Assembly: GCF_006345805.1 (NCBI RefSeq)
Contig: NC_043000.1
Location: 18,662,001 to 18,726,000 of the forward strand
Length of the DNA stretch: 64,000 nucleotides
Direction: 5' to 3'
DNA from: Octopus sinensis
Taxonomy: Eukaryota
This document shows, piece after piece, positions 25,027-38,320 of this stretch (position 1 is its first letter; each line of letters begins with the position of its first letter). The position numbers were made by a program, and so were the translations under genes. The notes below the pieces were generated by a model that was not told the DNA's origin, did not search any database, and saw only the letters and a list, made by a program, of their open reading frames with translations.

Positions 25027-26319
25027 CCAGTTGTTGATAAACGTGCACACGTACTTACACACTCGAGTATGCACTTACACTCAAGCAAAAGTAACACACG
25101 ACTACGCTCTTGAACGCTTAACCTCACGTCTGCTGCACTTAAATTGATGGTGAAAAAGAGAAAGATTCGTTGCTGCTCTTCTTTTTGAATAAACTGAAAG
25201 ACAGGAAAGTCAATAGATGGATAGATAAATAAATAGAAAGAGAATGAGAGAGGGAGGAGAGGGAAAGAGAGAAAGAGACTAAAGGAAATAAGATAGAGAA
25301 TAAATGCAGGTAAGAAAGTGGGAAATGATAGAGAAGAATTGAACAAGATAGTTATTATTTTGCTAGGGAAAATAGATAACAAAAATGAAGTCTCTTTTCT
25401 TTCCGCATTTGTCGAAATTTCGTGTCACCAAACGACAACCATGAAATAACATTATCAAAGGTAGCAGACGAGACGGGAATAAAAGTGAAAGGAAGAAAAT
25501 GAACGAAAGAGTGGATGCAGAAGAGTTTAAAAAAAAAGATAAAACAATCTACAAAAACACAAATATAACAGCTATAGAAATAGATAGATATATGAGATAG
25601 ATAGAGATGGCTTGATAGAAATAGTGATAGACAACAAGATAGCTAGATAGAAAGATACCAACAGAGTCGGAAGGATGGATTCAGTGGTCTTTTTATTATC
25701 ATAACTTTTGATATTTCGTATTCAAAATATTGATAAAAGAATCAAATAATTTGAAAACGTTTCTTGGAATGATTGAGAATGTCAGAACTATGTCTTTTTT
25801 TTGTTAAAGTCAAAGTATTCTGATTTCTTTATTTCTTTTCTTTTGCTTTTCCACATTAGAATTTATGCTATCATTTGTATAGTTAACAGAAGTTCGTTGA
25901 CTGCACGAGTCTTGTGACTTGGCAGAAAATATAAATTTGGCATTTCTTTTCAAAGGGGATTATATATTTGTTAAAATTAGTATGAGTAATATTGGTTAAA
26001 GCAGTAACTACCAACAAGAATAGAAACATAAATTTAAAAATTCTAATACCCTCCTATCTACATACCTGCATAAACACACACCTATACATATTCACACGAA
26101 CATATATTCACAGATATATTAGAATAATCCCATTGTACTGGAGAAGTACAGACAACAAAGAACTCAACACTAGAAATAGAACAATATAAAATTTTTATGA
26201 AGATGAAAATGAAAAGATTCATGATTACTATTGAAGTAGTTTTATTTTCCGCATTATCAAGTCGTAATGAAGATGCTTGAGAGAATATTTTATATTTAGT
26301 GTTAATTTGGCGTTGAGGA

Positions 26320-26657
26320 ATAGGGAGAGAGAGAGAGAGGGAGAGGAAAAGGGAAAGGGAGAGGAAGAGGGAGAGGGAGAGGAAGAGGGAGAAGAGATAG
26401 ATCGAATCGAGAGAGAGATTGTGAGAGAGAAAGAGATTGTGTGTGAGAGAGAGAGAGAGAGAGATTGTGTGTGTGTGTGAGAGAGAGAGAGAGATTGTGT
26501 GAGAGAAAGAGAGAGAGAGATTGTGAAGGAGATATTGTTAGAGGGAGATTGTGAGAGAGAGATTGTGAAAAGAGAGAGAGATTGTGAGAGAGAGAGAGAG
26601 ATTGTGAGAGAGAGATTGTGAGAGAGATTGTGAGAGAGACTGTGAGAAATAGAGATT

Positions 26658-26748
<91 letters not shown>

Positions 26749-26750
26749 GG
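26320..26750. repeat. (GA)n with (GAGAGATTGT)-type periodic variants
   Basis: Direct reading. Confidence 0.93.
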
Positions 26751-27045
26751 GGTTGGAGAAAAATATGTAAAGAAAAAGAAAAGAGTAGAGAAATTAAGTG
26801 AACCAGCTGGTTTGATAAATATGGGCGAATTTCAAATATTAAGACAAAAGCAATTCATGATGCAAATATTTTGAAAACGATTGGGTTAAAAGAAATTAGA
26901 GCGTGATTTTTGCGTAATAAAGCATCTCATCGGGAAGTTTGTTGGAGAAGAAATCACGTCTAAGGAAAAGTAACTTTCATTTTACGGATAAAAAGTTAAA
27001 ATATTTGAGAGATGTAGAGCGTTTATGCAAACAATGAGTCATTAT

Positions 27046-27445
27046 AGGCGCAGGAGTGGCTGTGTGGTAAGTAACTTGCTAACCAACCACATGGTTCCGG
27101 GTTCAGTCCTACTGTGTGGCATCTTGGGCAAGTGTCTTCTGCTATAGCCCCGGGCCGACCAATGCCTTGTGAGTGGATTTGGTTGACGGAAACTGAAAGA
27201 AGCCTGTCGTATTTATGTATATATATATATGTGTGTGTTTGTGTGTCTGTGTTTGTCCCCCCACAACATTGCTTGACAACCGATGCTGGTGTGTTTACGC
27301 CCCCGTCACTTAGCGGTTCGGCAAAAAAAGAGACCGATAGAATAAGTACTGGGCTTACAAAGACTAAGTCCCGGGGTCGAGTTGCTCGACTAAAGGCGGT
27401 GCTCCAGCATGGCCGCAGTCAAATGACTGAAACAAGTAAAAGAGT
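27046..27445 (+). mobile_element. SINE-B
   Basis: Family consensus match. Confidence 0.9.
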
Positions 27446-27962
27446 ATTAGTTCTGTATGGAGATTAAGGAGGGAAAGATGGACAAATAATATTCCGTATG
27501 ATATCGAAATGAAAAGTAAGCATGGCTTGATACAATGAGGCTAAGATTTGGCAAAACTTGTTATTCTCTTTCGTTTTTGGATTTGGTTTGCAAGATTCTT
27601 TATATGAGTTCGTATGTTGAAGCATATTCTGTTGTGTCTGGGGAGAGTCATTTTCTTTTTGTGCCTTATAATGTAACACACTCACCGGTAAGTGAGAGTC
27701 AAGTAAGAGTCAAGACTATTGAAAAAGTTGCAAGACGCAACGAAAATTTTAGGAAAATAAAAATAAGAAATAAGTGGAAATTTTACCGGTGATTGTTATT
27801 CTCTGTTTGATGTCATAGTATGACATCAAATTATTGTTTCTATGACGAGTCATTATTACTGCGACATCAAGTTGTCATACGATAACATTATATCATAAGA
27901 TTCAGGAGTCTAGATAAATCAAGACAAAGTAGTTTCGGCGATTCTGTATTTATTATGAAAGT

Positions 27963-28347
27963 GGAGGCGCAATGGCCCAGTGGTTAGGGCAGCGGACTCG
28001 CGGTCATAGGATAACGGTTTCGATTCCCAGACTGGGCGTTGTGAGTGTTTATTGAGCGAAAACACCTAAAAGCTCCACGAGGCTCCGGCAGGGGATGGTG
28101 GTGATCCCTGCTGTACTCTTTCACCACAACTTTCTCTCACTCTTACTTCCTGTTCCTGTTGTACCTGTACTTCAAAGGGCCGGCCTTGTCACTCTCTGTG
28201 TCACGCTAAATATCCCCGAGAACTACGTTAAGGCTACATGTGTCTGTGGAGTGCTCAGCCACTTACACGTTAATTTCACGAGCAGGGCTGTTCCGTTGAT
28301 TCGGATCAACCGGAACCCTCGTCGTCGTAACCGACGGAGTGCTTCCA
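27963..28347 (+). mobile_element. SINE-A, tail type 1
   Basis: TSD tttattatgaaa. Confidence 0.9.
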
Positions 28348-28827
28348 TCATCATCATTTATTATGAAAACAGTACTGGTGTTAAATGTGTTATTTGAAAA
28401 AAATTAGAAGTTTATGTGATGTATAATCTAGACACTGTGTTAGTTGCAACCGTTACGCAACAATGAAGTTATTTAACATTGCGTTTACGATAGAGAGGAC
28501 GTTCATTGAAGTGAATATAATCGCAGGTTTGTGGACTTTAGGTTGAGAAGGAAATGCCAAGTTTGATGCTGTTCATGCTTGATAGTTTATAGAAAAGGTT
28601 AGATTCAGTAGAATAAGAAACTTCTATACAATGTTCGTTAAAAATATTTGTAGTATTATGATGTTAAGGATTAAGATTTTCACTAAAAGTGTTGAAATTT
28701 GTTGGCACTATGGAGAATTGAACCCAGTAATGATTTGATTATATTTTTGAGGGGCTGTGAGCTGTTATTTTAAGCTTTGTTCCCGCGCATCGCCCGCGAT
28801 CAACACTAGTTGTACTGACAAGTTAGT

Positions 28828-29211
28828 GGAGGCGCAATGGCCCAGTGGTTAGGGCAGCGGACTCGCGGTCATAGGATCGCGGTTTCGATTCCCAGACCGG
28901 GCGTTGTGAGTGTTTATTGAGCGAAAACATCTAAAAGCTCCACGAGGCTCCGGCAGGGGATGGTGGTAATCCCTGCTGTACTCCTTCACCACAACTTTCT
29001 CTCACTCTTACTTCCTGTTTCTGTTGTACCTGTATTTCAAGGGGCCGGCCTTGTCACTCTCTGTGTCACGCTGAATATCCCCGAGAACTACGTTAAGGGT
29101 ACACGTGTCTGTGGAGTGCTCAGCCACTTACACGTTAATTTCACGAGAAGGCTGTTCCGTTGATCCGGATCAACCGGAACCCTCATCGTCGTAACCGACG
29201 GAGTGCTTCCA
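28828..29211 (+). mobile_element. SINE-A, tail type 1
   Basis: TSD actgacaagtta. Confidence 0.9.
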
Positions 29212-29247
29212 CATCCACTGACAAGTTATATTCTTAGTCACTTCAAC

Positions 29248-29515
29248 GTGGCTGTCCGTTCGAACGGACTCTGCTTCAATCTTTTAACCCCATGAGGACA
29301 TCTCTTCTAGCTGGTTAACGATTCAGGTGAGATGTCCAGTATCGAAGAGTGACAGAAGTAGCCCGAAACCAGAACTGGTCTACTGGTCCCGTTGCTAGAA
29401 GGTGCTCTTCTGCTCGCAATTTATCGGATACAGCTCTACATCGTTAATCAACACGAAGAAATGTCCTCTTGGGGTTCAAAAATTGCAGCAGAGTCCGTTC
29501 GAACGGACAGGCTAC
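29248..29515. mobile_element. Small inverted-repeat element with a degenerate central hammerhead
   Basis: ~60-bp imperfect inverted ends, each containing the palindrome gtccgttcgaacggac; HHR-like fold at 29336-29386. Confidence 0.65.
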
Positions 29516-30329
29516 GAATATTACTTAATGCTCTCCCCCCTTCTCTCTCTCTCTCTCATCCAATTACGGTAGTAAGTGAATAATATTCTTAAGGTCGCAA
29601 TTTATTCACACGCAGCATCTTCAGAGTTTGTCGCTAATTAGGTTCTTAACCAAATTAAAAACCATTAACATTTTTGAAGAAGACTGGGCCCTAGCAACAT
29701 TTTGGCCCTAAAAAATTAAGATTTGGTCCAGTAGAAAAATCTTTACATCGAAATTTGTAGCAACGTTATAAGAAAGTAAGTAAGGCCTCCAATCAAGTTT
29801 AGATCAAATAACTTCTTTATTTTAAAAGCAAAATATATTTACATACATAGACAAATACATACATATATACATACGTATATATATATGTATATATATATCT
29901 ATATATCTATATATCTATATCTATATATATATATATATGATTGAGCAACAAACAAGCTACCCCAAGCATGACAGCATAATAGAGAAGAATCCCATAAACC
30001 CTTATTATCATATATGCACATGGGCGGAAATCACCATCCACGTTCTGGTGCCAGGCATGGCTACTCTGCGACTCAGGGCTGCTGGCCTGCCACAAACGCC
30101 GGAAATTTCGGCCGGGTTCGCGGCGCATTCGGAAACTTTGGCCCATTCCCGGGGATGACGAGGACACCGGGTGCCATACACAATGCTAAAAAAAAGAGCC
30201 CTCAGACACCCATACACCCATGCATACAAAACAATCCAAGACAACAACATCATCATTCACCCAACCCTACCCCCTACTTTTACACGGATAGCTTATACCA
30301 ACACAACAACAACCAACATTTTCTAGCCC

Positions 30330-30515
30330 CAGACCAGGGGAAAACGGGACACAGGTTGGAAGTTGAGGCATAGGAAAAACCGAAGGTAAACAAACTGTCA
30401 TATCAACCACAAAGATCGATATCGTATCTATTTGGATCTCAACACAAGTAGGTCTAAATAAAGAGGCCTCATTTATCGAAAAATATAAATCGGAATTAAA
30501 TATAAACCCATATTG
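30330..30515 (+). mobile_element. Possible Penelope GIY-YIG C-terminal remnant
   Basis: My translation ...GLNKEASFIEKYKSELNINP resembles the EA.FI...P.LN end of Penelope endonucleases. Confidence 0.35.
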
Positions 30516-30839
30516 AAAATTAAAGATTTACCCCAGCTGTTGTAAGGATCAAATGTAAACAAATGTAAAAAATAACAGATTTACCTCCCCTTTACTGTAA
30601 AATACCTTGGTTATTCCCTACTAGCAAGCAAAACGTCTAATTCAGAAATTCATCCAAAACACATAATTTGAAAAAGCGATAACGAAACCGGTTATTATGT
30701 TGGAAGACAAAATCTTATTTTGTATAGTATTGTGTAATACTTTTACTATTATGATTCTAAGATATTCTTTAGCATTTTAAAACAAATCTGTGTTTTTCAT
30801 CTCATTTCTTTCCATATATATTCAACCACGTGTAATCAC

Positions 30840-30875
<36 letters not shown>

Positions 30876-31311
30876 TAAAATCACAATAAGGGTGGAAAAA
30901 ATTGAATATTAATTAATAACATCAATTTAAAACACCAAGTGGCCTAGCGTATAAAGACTGGGATACAGTAAAAATTATTAATACAAGTAATGAGAGAGAG
31001 TATAATCGGCTGTGCCTTTCGCCCTTGTTCGGATTCGTGTGGATGTTGGCGTTCGACTCAGAAAATTATATTTTTTTGATATACTCTACTGAAGATCCGA
31101 AAATGATTATGTAAGTAAAATTACACAATCTATTAACGGTGAAACAATTGTATAGAGTTAATCTATTTTTTCGTTATTTTTCATTTGTCCTGCTCGCTTA
31201 CATTCTTGGCGCGTTGAATTAATTCTTGAGAACAATTCTTTAGTGGTGGATTCCCTTCGTGGATCTATATCTAGCGTTAGAGTGACCACATGTGGACTCT
31301 CTCTCATTACT

Positions 31312-31357
<46 letters not shown>

Positions 31358-31561
31358 TATATATCTATATACACGGAGACACGCAAACACATATGTATTA
31401 TACTGCACAGTTGCTTTTTTTATCAAATTCAAGAGCAGTGAGATTGAACCCCGAAGCACGTACCTGCAAAGCAAACTCCATAACCATACAATTATGCCTG
31501 CATTTACACACACGTACATATCCTCACTCCACACGCACTGATCTATCTATATTGATATATG

Positions 31562-31633
<72 letters not shown>

Positions 31634-32134
31634 TATATATATATATATATGTATATATATGTTTGTGTGTGTGTGTGTATACACACCTGTAAATATACGT
31701 AAGTATGTGTCTACACCACACACACACACATACACACACACAAACACACACACACGCACACACCACACAAACACATAAGTTCCTGTTTTATCAAAAATAA
31801 AAGAATAAACAATTCTGTACATTATCCAAATAATCTCTTCACGAGCTCTTGATGTTTAATGAGGTTTCAAGCGTTTTAAGTAGAAAACTATCGATGTTTT
31901 TTTTTTTTGTATTATTTTATTAATTTTTATGCAGTATTGAATAATGTAGAAAGCTTTGGTTAGAATCTAACACAACAAGCAATTACCCTGAAACAATTTT
32001 GCAACCGTATGAAGTGAAGGTAAATAATATAATAAGCATAAAATTTATATACATATAGAACATTTAAATTATATATAGCCACCTGTAACAATTATAGATG
32101 TAATGGTAAAAATCATAGCTAATGCCTTAGTGAT

Positions 32135-32340
32135 GAATGCGACGAGCTTGACAGAATCGTTAGCACGTAGGACAAAATACTTAACGGCATTTCTGCAGGT
32201 GCTCTGAGTTCAAATTCTGTCGAGGTCGATATTGCGTTTCATCCTTCTGGGGTCAATAAAATAAGTATCATTTAAGAATTGCGTTCTATGTGGTCGACTA
32301 AGCCCTCCAACAAAATTTCAGGTGATGTGCCTATTGTTGA
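32135..32340 (+). mobile_element. Old diverged SINE-C-related copy
   Basis: ctgagttcaaattctgtcgaggtcga...tcatccttctggggtcaataaa with a different tail. Confidence 0.7.
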
Positions 32341-32345
32341 AATTA

Positions 32346-32912
32346 TTGGGTTGTCCGGAAAGTTCGTGCCGATTTATAGTAGCTTACCTTTCGACTTATT
32401 TTAGAACATGGTTCAGTCCATAAAATAGGATTTGACTACACCTCCATTTAGAGCACAGTTTAAGCTATATTTTCGTGGAAAAAGGTCTATGTTCCTATAA
32501 CTTGTGTTAATTCTGTTAACTTTTAAAATGGAAGATAAGAAAGTTCATTTTCGGCACTTGATGCTTTGGAAACCAGACAAAAATTGCTGCAGCTCAGCTG
32601 GGATGTGTTACCCCACCCTCCATATTCACCAGATATTGCTCCTTCGGATTTCCACTTATTCAGGTCTCTGCAGGATAGTCTTAATCGTAAAAATTTCAAT
32701 TCCTTGGATGACGTAAAAAGATACCTTGATGAATTCTTTGCCATGAAACTACCTCAATTCTGGGAAGAGGGTATTTTCAAGTTAAAGGAAAGATGGAGAC
32801 GCCTTGTGCAACAAAAGTTTTCATATTTGGTTGATTAAAAATGCAATGGCAAGTATTTATAACCTTTTTTCTTTCCTTTAAAAATCGGCAAGAACTTTCC
32901 GGACAATTGAAA
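32346..32912 (+). mobile_element. Internally deleted mariner
   Basis: TIR ttgggttgtccggaaagttcgtgccgattt and imperfect inverse; N-terminus MEDKKVHFRHLMLW fused to C-terminus with LPHPPYSPDIAPSDFHLF. Confidence 0.9.
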
Positions 32913-33159
32913 TAATTATTAACAGAGATGGAATTTAGGAACAGAAGTACGTAGAAACAGAAAATGTGAATACAGTTCTACACACTATCAATTATATTTT
33001 TCCTTGAGTAAATGAAACTTTTGCTTTCAGACATCGATCTACAGATATTAATTGAACGATCTTTAAGAATGACCTTTCTCCTGGACAAAACTAGTGATAC
33101 AGAGAGGGGAGACTTACATGCCTTGCCAACTATTTGTTTTCCACACACACACACACACG

Positions 33160-33255
<96 letters not shown>

Positions 33256-34101
33256 AACCTTGCTAAGTCCTGTGCATACAGGTAAAAGTTACATAGACAA
33301 ACCTGTAAGATAGAAACACATCCGTTTCTAGAATTTAAGCATGGATTTTTGTGTTCAAAGTTGAGCTGCAACCAAGAACGACATATCTTTTCATCCGCGT
33401 GGGTAGACAAAATATACACTAACAATACACTGGTTCCTATTCATTCGATTCTATGCTTTTCTATCAACAAAACAGCATTGTGTCTAAGAAAAGAAAAAAA
33501 GAAAATACATGTATCTAACGTGTATATAGATTAATGAATGAGCTGAAACTAAAACGTATTTGACTAAATGCCTTAGAAATATTTATACATTCATTCATCG
33601 ATTTCGCTTTTAATCCCTCTAGGTTTTGCTTTTAATGATTGTTGTTTAACTAAATCAATATTTAACACTATTAAATTTCATAAATTCAAGAACGTGCGTG
33701 AGTTGATGCATGAATAGGTGTATTGAAAATAGCGCATGAATATTTCTTTCTCTCCTTCTCTCCGATTCTCTCCGATTCCCTGCATATATACATACATACA
33801 TACATACATACATACATACATACATACATACATACATACATACATACATACAACATACATACATACATGTGCCTGTGCGTGTGTGTGCTTGCGCGCACGC
33901 GCACCCGCCACGAATACATACGTCTTTAGTAAATGTACAGTCGAGAAATGTAAAACTGAATTTTAGAGATATGCATTGTTATCAAAATAATGGAATACTT
34001 ACAATGTAATTAAATGTTTACAATCCTGATAGTAATCCGATTTATACCGTTCTATATATATATATATATATATACATATATGTATATATATGTATATATA
34101 C

Positions 34102-34316
34102 TCTTTACTCTTTTACTCTTTTACTTGTTTCAGTCATTTGACTGCGGCCATGCTGGAGCACCGCCTTCAGTCGAGCAAATCGACCCCGGGACTTATTCTT
34201 TGTAAGCCCAGTACTTATTCTATCGGTCTCTTTTGCCGAACCGCTAGGTGACGGGGACGTAAACACACCAGCATCGGTTGTCAAGCAATGCTAGGGGGAC
34301 AAACACAGACACACAA

Positions 34317-34385
<69 letters not shown>

Positions 34386-34540
34386 TACGACAGGCTTCTT
34401 TCAGTTTCCGTCTACCAAATCCACTCACAAGGCATTGGTCGGCCCGGGGCTATAGCAGAAGACACTTGCCCAAGATGCCACACAGTGGGACTGAACCCGA
34501 AACCATGTGGTTGGTTAGCAAGCTACTTACCACACAACCA
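34102..34540 (-). mobile_element. SINE-B
   Basis: Family consensus match. Confidence 0.9.
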
Positions 34541-34837
34541 CATACATACACAGATACATACATACATACATACATACATACATACATACATACATACACA
34601 CTCATATTACATATACAGGTAGGTCTAGCCTCTACGCGATCGCTCGACTTGTTAGTGTTGTCAGTCGAATTTTCCTCAACTCATAGTCTACCGTCTTCAA
34701 AAAGGAAAGACACATTGGATAAAGTATTCCTTGATGAGTAACGCTGAAGGAACGACGGAATTATCCTAGCTGGAAACAGCTCTGATTTTAGGTTTGCTCA
34801 GTCAGAACTGACCTGGAAGTATGCAAGCATGCTACTG

Positions 34838-34919
<82 letters not shown>

Positions 34920-34921
34920 GT

Positions 34922-35307
34922 GGAGGCGCAATGTCCCAGTGGTTAGGGCAGCGGACTCGCGGTCATAGGATTGCGGTTTCGATTCCCAGACCGGGCGTTG
35001 TGAGTGTTTATTGAGCGAAAACACCTAAAAAAGCTCCACGAGGCTCAGCAGGGGATGGTGGTGATCCCTGCTGTACTCTTTCACCACGACTTTCTCTCAC
35101 TCTTACTTCCTGTTTCTGTTGTACCTGTATTTCAAAGGGGCCGGCCTTGTCACTCTCTGTGTCACGCTGAATGTCCCCGAGAACTACGTTAAGGGTACAC
35201 GTGTCTGTGGAGTGCTCAGCCACTTACACGTTAATTTCACGAGCAGGGCTGTTCTGTTGATTCGGATCAACCGGAACCCTCGTCGTCGTAACCGACGGAG
35301 TGCTTCC
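34922..35307 (+). mobile_element. SINE-A, tail type 1, inside a (TAC)n array
   Basis: Family consensus match. Confidence 0.9.
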
Positions 35308-36179
35308 TAAAACTACTACTACTACTACTACTACTACTGATACAACAACAACAACATTGATAATGATATGCAATTAGATAGTGATAATTAGCAAAGAATT
35401 AAAAATAAAAAAGAATCAAACAAAGCACTTTTTATTAAGAATCAGTTTTTATTAAATGCATTGTTCAGTTGTTTCTGATTCAACGAAACCTTCTATGAAG
35501 GACTTTGAGTGGTTTCAGTTTGCCAAGAAATGTTTTCATGCTTTCGAAATCTCTCCAAAAATAACTGATTATTTTCCCAACATTTACTTTAATCAGTTTA
35601 AAGAGGAATATGCTGAATGCTGTACGAAAAGAAAAAAAAAATGTTGAATTAATTAAATTTCTTTCTTTTATTTATGAAGAAAAACAGAAAAACTAAATCC
35701 TAACAAAAAACGTTTATTAGAAAAAATTGTAAATCATATTCTAAAGTTAGTTTATAACCTAAGGGTTTGCTTTTTGCATGCAGACAAGGGTTAAGCATAT
35801 TTCAATATAGCTGACTTCGTCGGTAAAGTACAGAGTATAGAAGCATGGTGATACTTTGATAGATTTTATATTGAGAAAATTCAGTTACGAATAATTTTTG
35901 ACTAATATAATTTGCATAACTAAAAGTAAAATGGGCCAAGGGAAATAACTCAATTTGATCAAGTGCAAATATTTGGATGATTAAGTTAAATGGTTTTGCG
36001 CTGAATGCTGTGCACAAGAAATTCGTAACTGAAACTTACCTATACTCAGTCTTATCCTGCTGAAATTGCATAACCGGTTCCTTCAATTCCTGCGACAGCT
36101 GAGGATCACCAAGGCTCTCTAGCAATTTGCCAACGTAGACTTAATCAACCCCACAATACTTGTCAATTACGAAATACTT

Positions 36180-36405
36180 CTTGTCTTGAGACAGCATTCA
36201 CCCGGGGTGGGTTGAGCTGGCTTCATTCATCTTCAATGCTGCATCTCTCACAAACGCTGACCAGGCCTGGCAATTTGAGGCTAACGACCGTGCGAGCTCC
36301 AACAACTCCTTATTCCAGCGGTGTACGCCGTAGATATGGGGGCCTAGGTTGGGTTCCAATGTACATCGCACATATAGATGTGTTGGGTTCCTCATGTACA
36401 TCGCA
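36180..36405 (-). mobile_element. 5'-truncated RTE-like LINE 3' end
   Basis: 16-bp TSD caattacgaaatactt (36164-79, 36406-21); ORF end WSAFVRDAALKMNEASSTHPG*. Confidence 0.65.
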
Positions 36406-37892
36406 CAATTACGAAATACTTACTCATGCGAGGAACATATAAAAAGTATTTTTGTTAAATTGCCAAAGCACAAAATGTCGAGTGTGCACGATACTGTTAA
36501 TTACACTGGATATCTTTGAATAGTTCATAAACATTGGTTAAAGTTTAAATGTTCCAGATGCATTGTTACTCCGCAACAATATCAACCAATAATTTTTAAT
36601 CATGAAACCAAAAGCAAACCTCTACTTTCACACCATATACGTTCCACTTCACAATTTAAGCTAACTTTTCGTGGAAGAAAGGTTGAAAACAAATAAATGA
36701 TTAAGAAATGTTAGTGACACGAGCGAAGGCAAAATCAACAGCGGTGGAATTTGAACTCAGAACATAAAGACAGACGAAATGTCAAGGGGAGTAAAGCAGT
36801 GACTCGCCACAGTGTAGGATGTGTTCTGAGAAGGGAGAAAGTAGAAACCGTATTGTTAGCGAGTGCTGTAAGATCGCACAACACGAATATAAAAGGAGAC
36901 ACAACAATGTGGTCAAATATGTCCACTGGCTGTTGTGCGGTAAAGCAAACCTCGAGAGAGCTGAACAATGATATGAAATTAAATTATCAAATTAAATTAT
37001 AAGTTAAAGTGATAACTACTTTTGTCTAATAATCGTTTAAATTCGGATTATCTTCTACCACTGCAAAGTTAGCATTATTACCTCACTAAATACTTTTGCA
37101 TTGTAAATTTTAGAAGTTTTCAAACTGCCGTAACTTTAGTTTTCTCGCCGTAATTATTTTAATGATACGAAATTCCTTACACGCTTCTTCAAATAACGAT
37201 TTTAACATATTCAAAAATCTTGCATGAGTCATATTAATGTTATTTTAGTTAATGCTGTTAGTCTTGCAACATCAACACTTTCTCCACATTTTCTGCTATT
37301 ACACATGACTTGACACGAATATATTTTATCCACAGCTGCTTCGTGCAACAGTAATTATTTAATTCTATTTTGACTGGATATTAGCATACCTACAAGCAAA
37401 GCCATTATAAAAACTATGGTGCCAGAAGTTTTTGGAACTTGAAAAATGAGCGTTGACTTTTATTGATAGTAATGCATTTGTAATGGGAACTGGTTGCTTC
37501 TTTACACTTTTGGGGTGCAACTTGGGTGCAACACAATTTCCTTTCTTTTTGTTTCTAGAAACTACTAGTCAGGAACGAAAAGCAAGTTTAGAAATATATA
37601 TAATTCTTTATTTTCTATTTCGACAATGAAACACGATGGTATGCTGATATCCACCTAGTTCAACGCAGCAAGGCTGAATTCAAACGTTTGTAAGCTTTAC
37701 AACAATTCAGCAGCAGTAGAACAGGTTAAATCCTAAGCGTCTGGGACAGGAGAATAGGCTGATCACAGGATTCAAAATATACGTCCTTTCTCTTCTATCG
37801 CCGTGTCTCAAATCCCCGAACGCTATTAAGGAACGCTATGGAATTTATTCTTCAGTCTCTAGCGAATGTGCATGATGGAACTTCCTTATGCC

Positions 37893-38085
37893 TTTCCAGA
37901 AGGTTCTAGAAGGTTCTAACCCCGCACACGCACACTGAAGAAGGACGTTCCGCACACGCACACTGAAGAATTACGTTGCGTGTGCGCACACTGGAACATG
38001 ACGTCACTACAAAGGTGACGTTCCGCACACGCACACTGAAGAATGACGTTGCGTGTGCGCACACTGGAACATGACGTCACTACAC
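37893..38085. promoter_or_regulatory. Motif cluster: five-pentamer heat-shock element, two TGACGTCA (CRE) and two TGCGCAC (MRE core) in a 73-bp duplication
   Basis: tttcc-agaag-gttct-agaag-gttct at 37893-37917; TGACGTCA at 37999 and 38072; function not shown. Confidence 0.4.
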
Positions 38086-38320
38086 ATTCAACATTTTTGT
38101 ATTGGGAACAGACCATTCTTGACTGTAACATCGACAGGGGATATTAGCAAGTGTTGCACATCATGCAATTGATGAGCTGTGAGGGCAAGACAATCAATAT
38201 AGTTCTGGACTTGGCTTTAAACAGCATCCTATGACAGGTTCTAGCGCTGGGAAATCCAAGATACTGAGAAAAATGAAGTTATCTCTTAATCTCTTAACTG
38301 ACATTAATCCCAGATAAGTA

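Noticed and set aside
27595-27687. 93-nt candidate exon (ILYMSSYVEA...NVTHSP|GTAAGT)
   Set aside because: Good donor but mediocre acceptor, no recognisable homology and no partner exon.
36960-37720. Decayed coding-like sequence on the minus strand
   Set aside because: Multiple stops and no motif I can assign.
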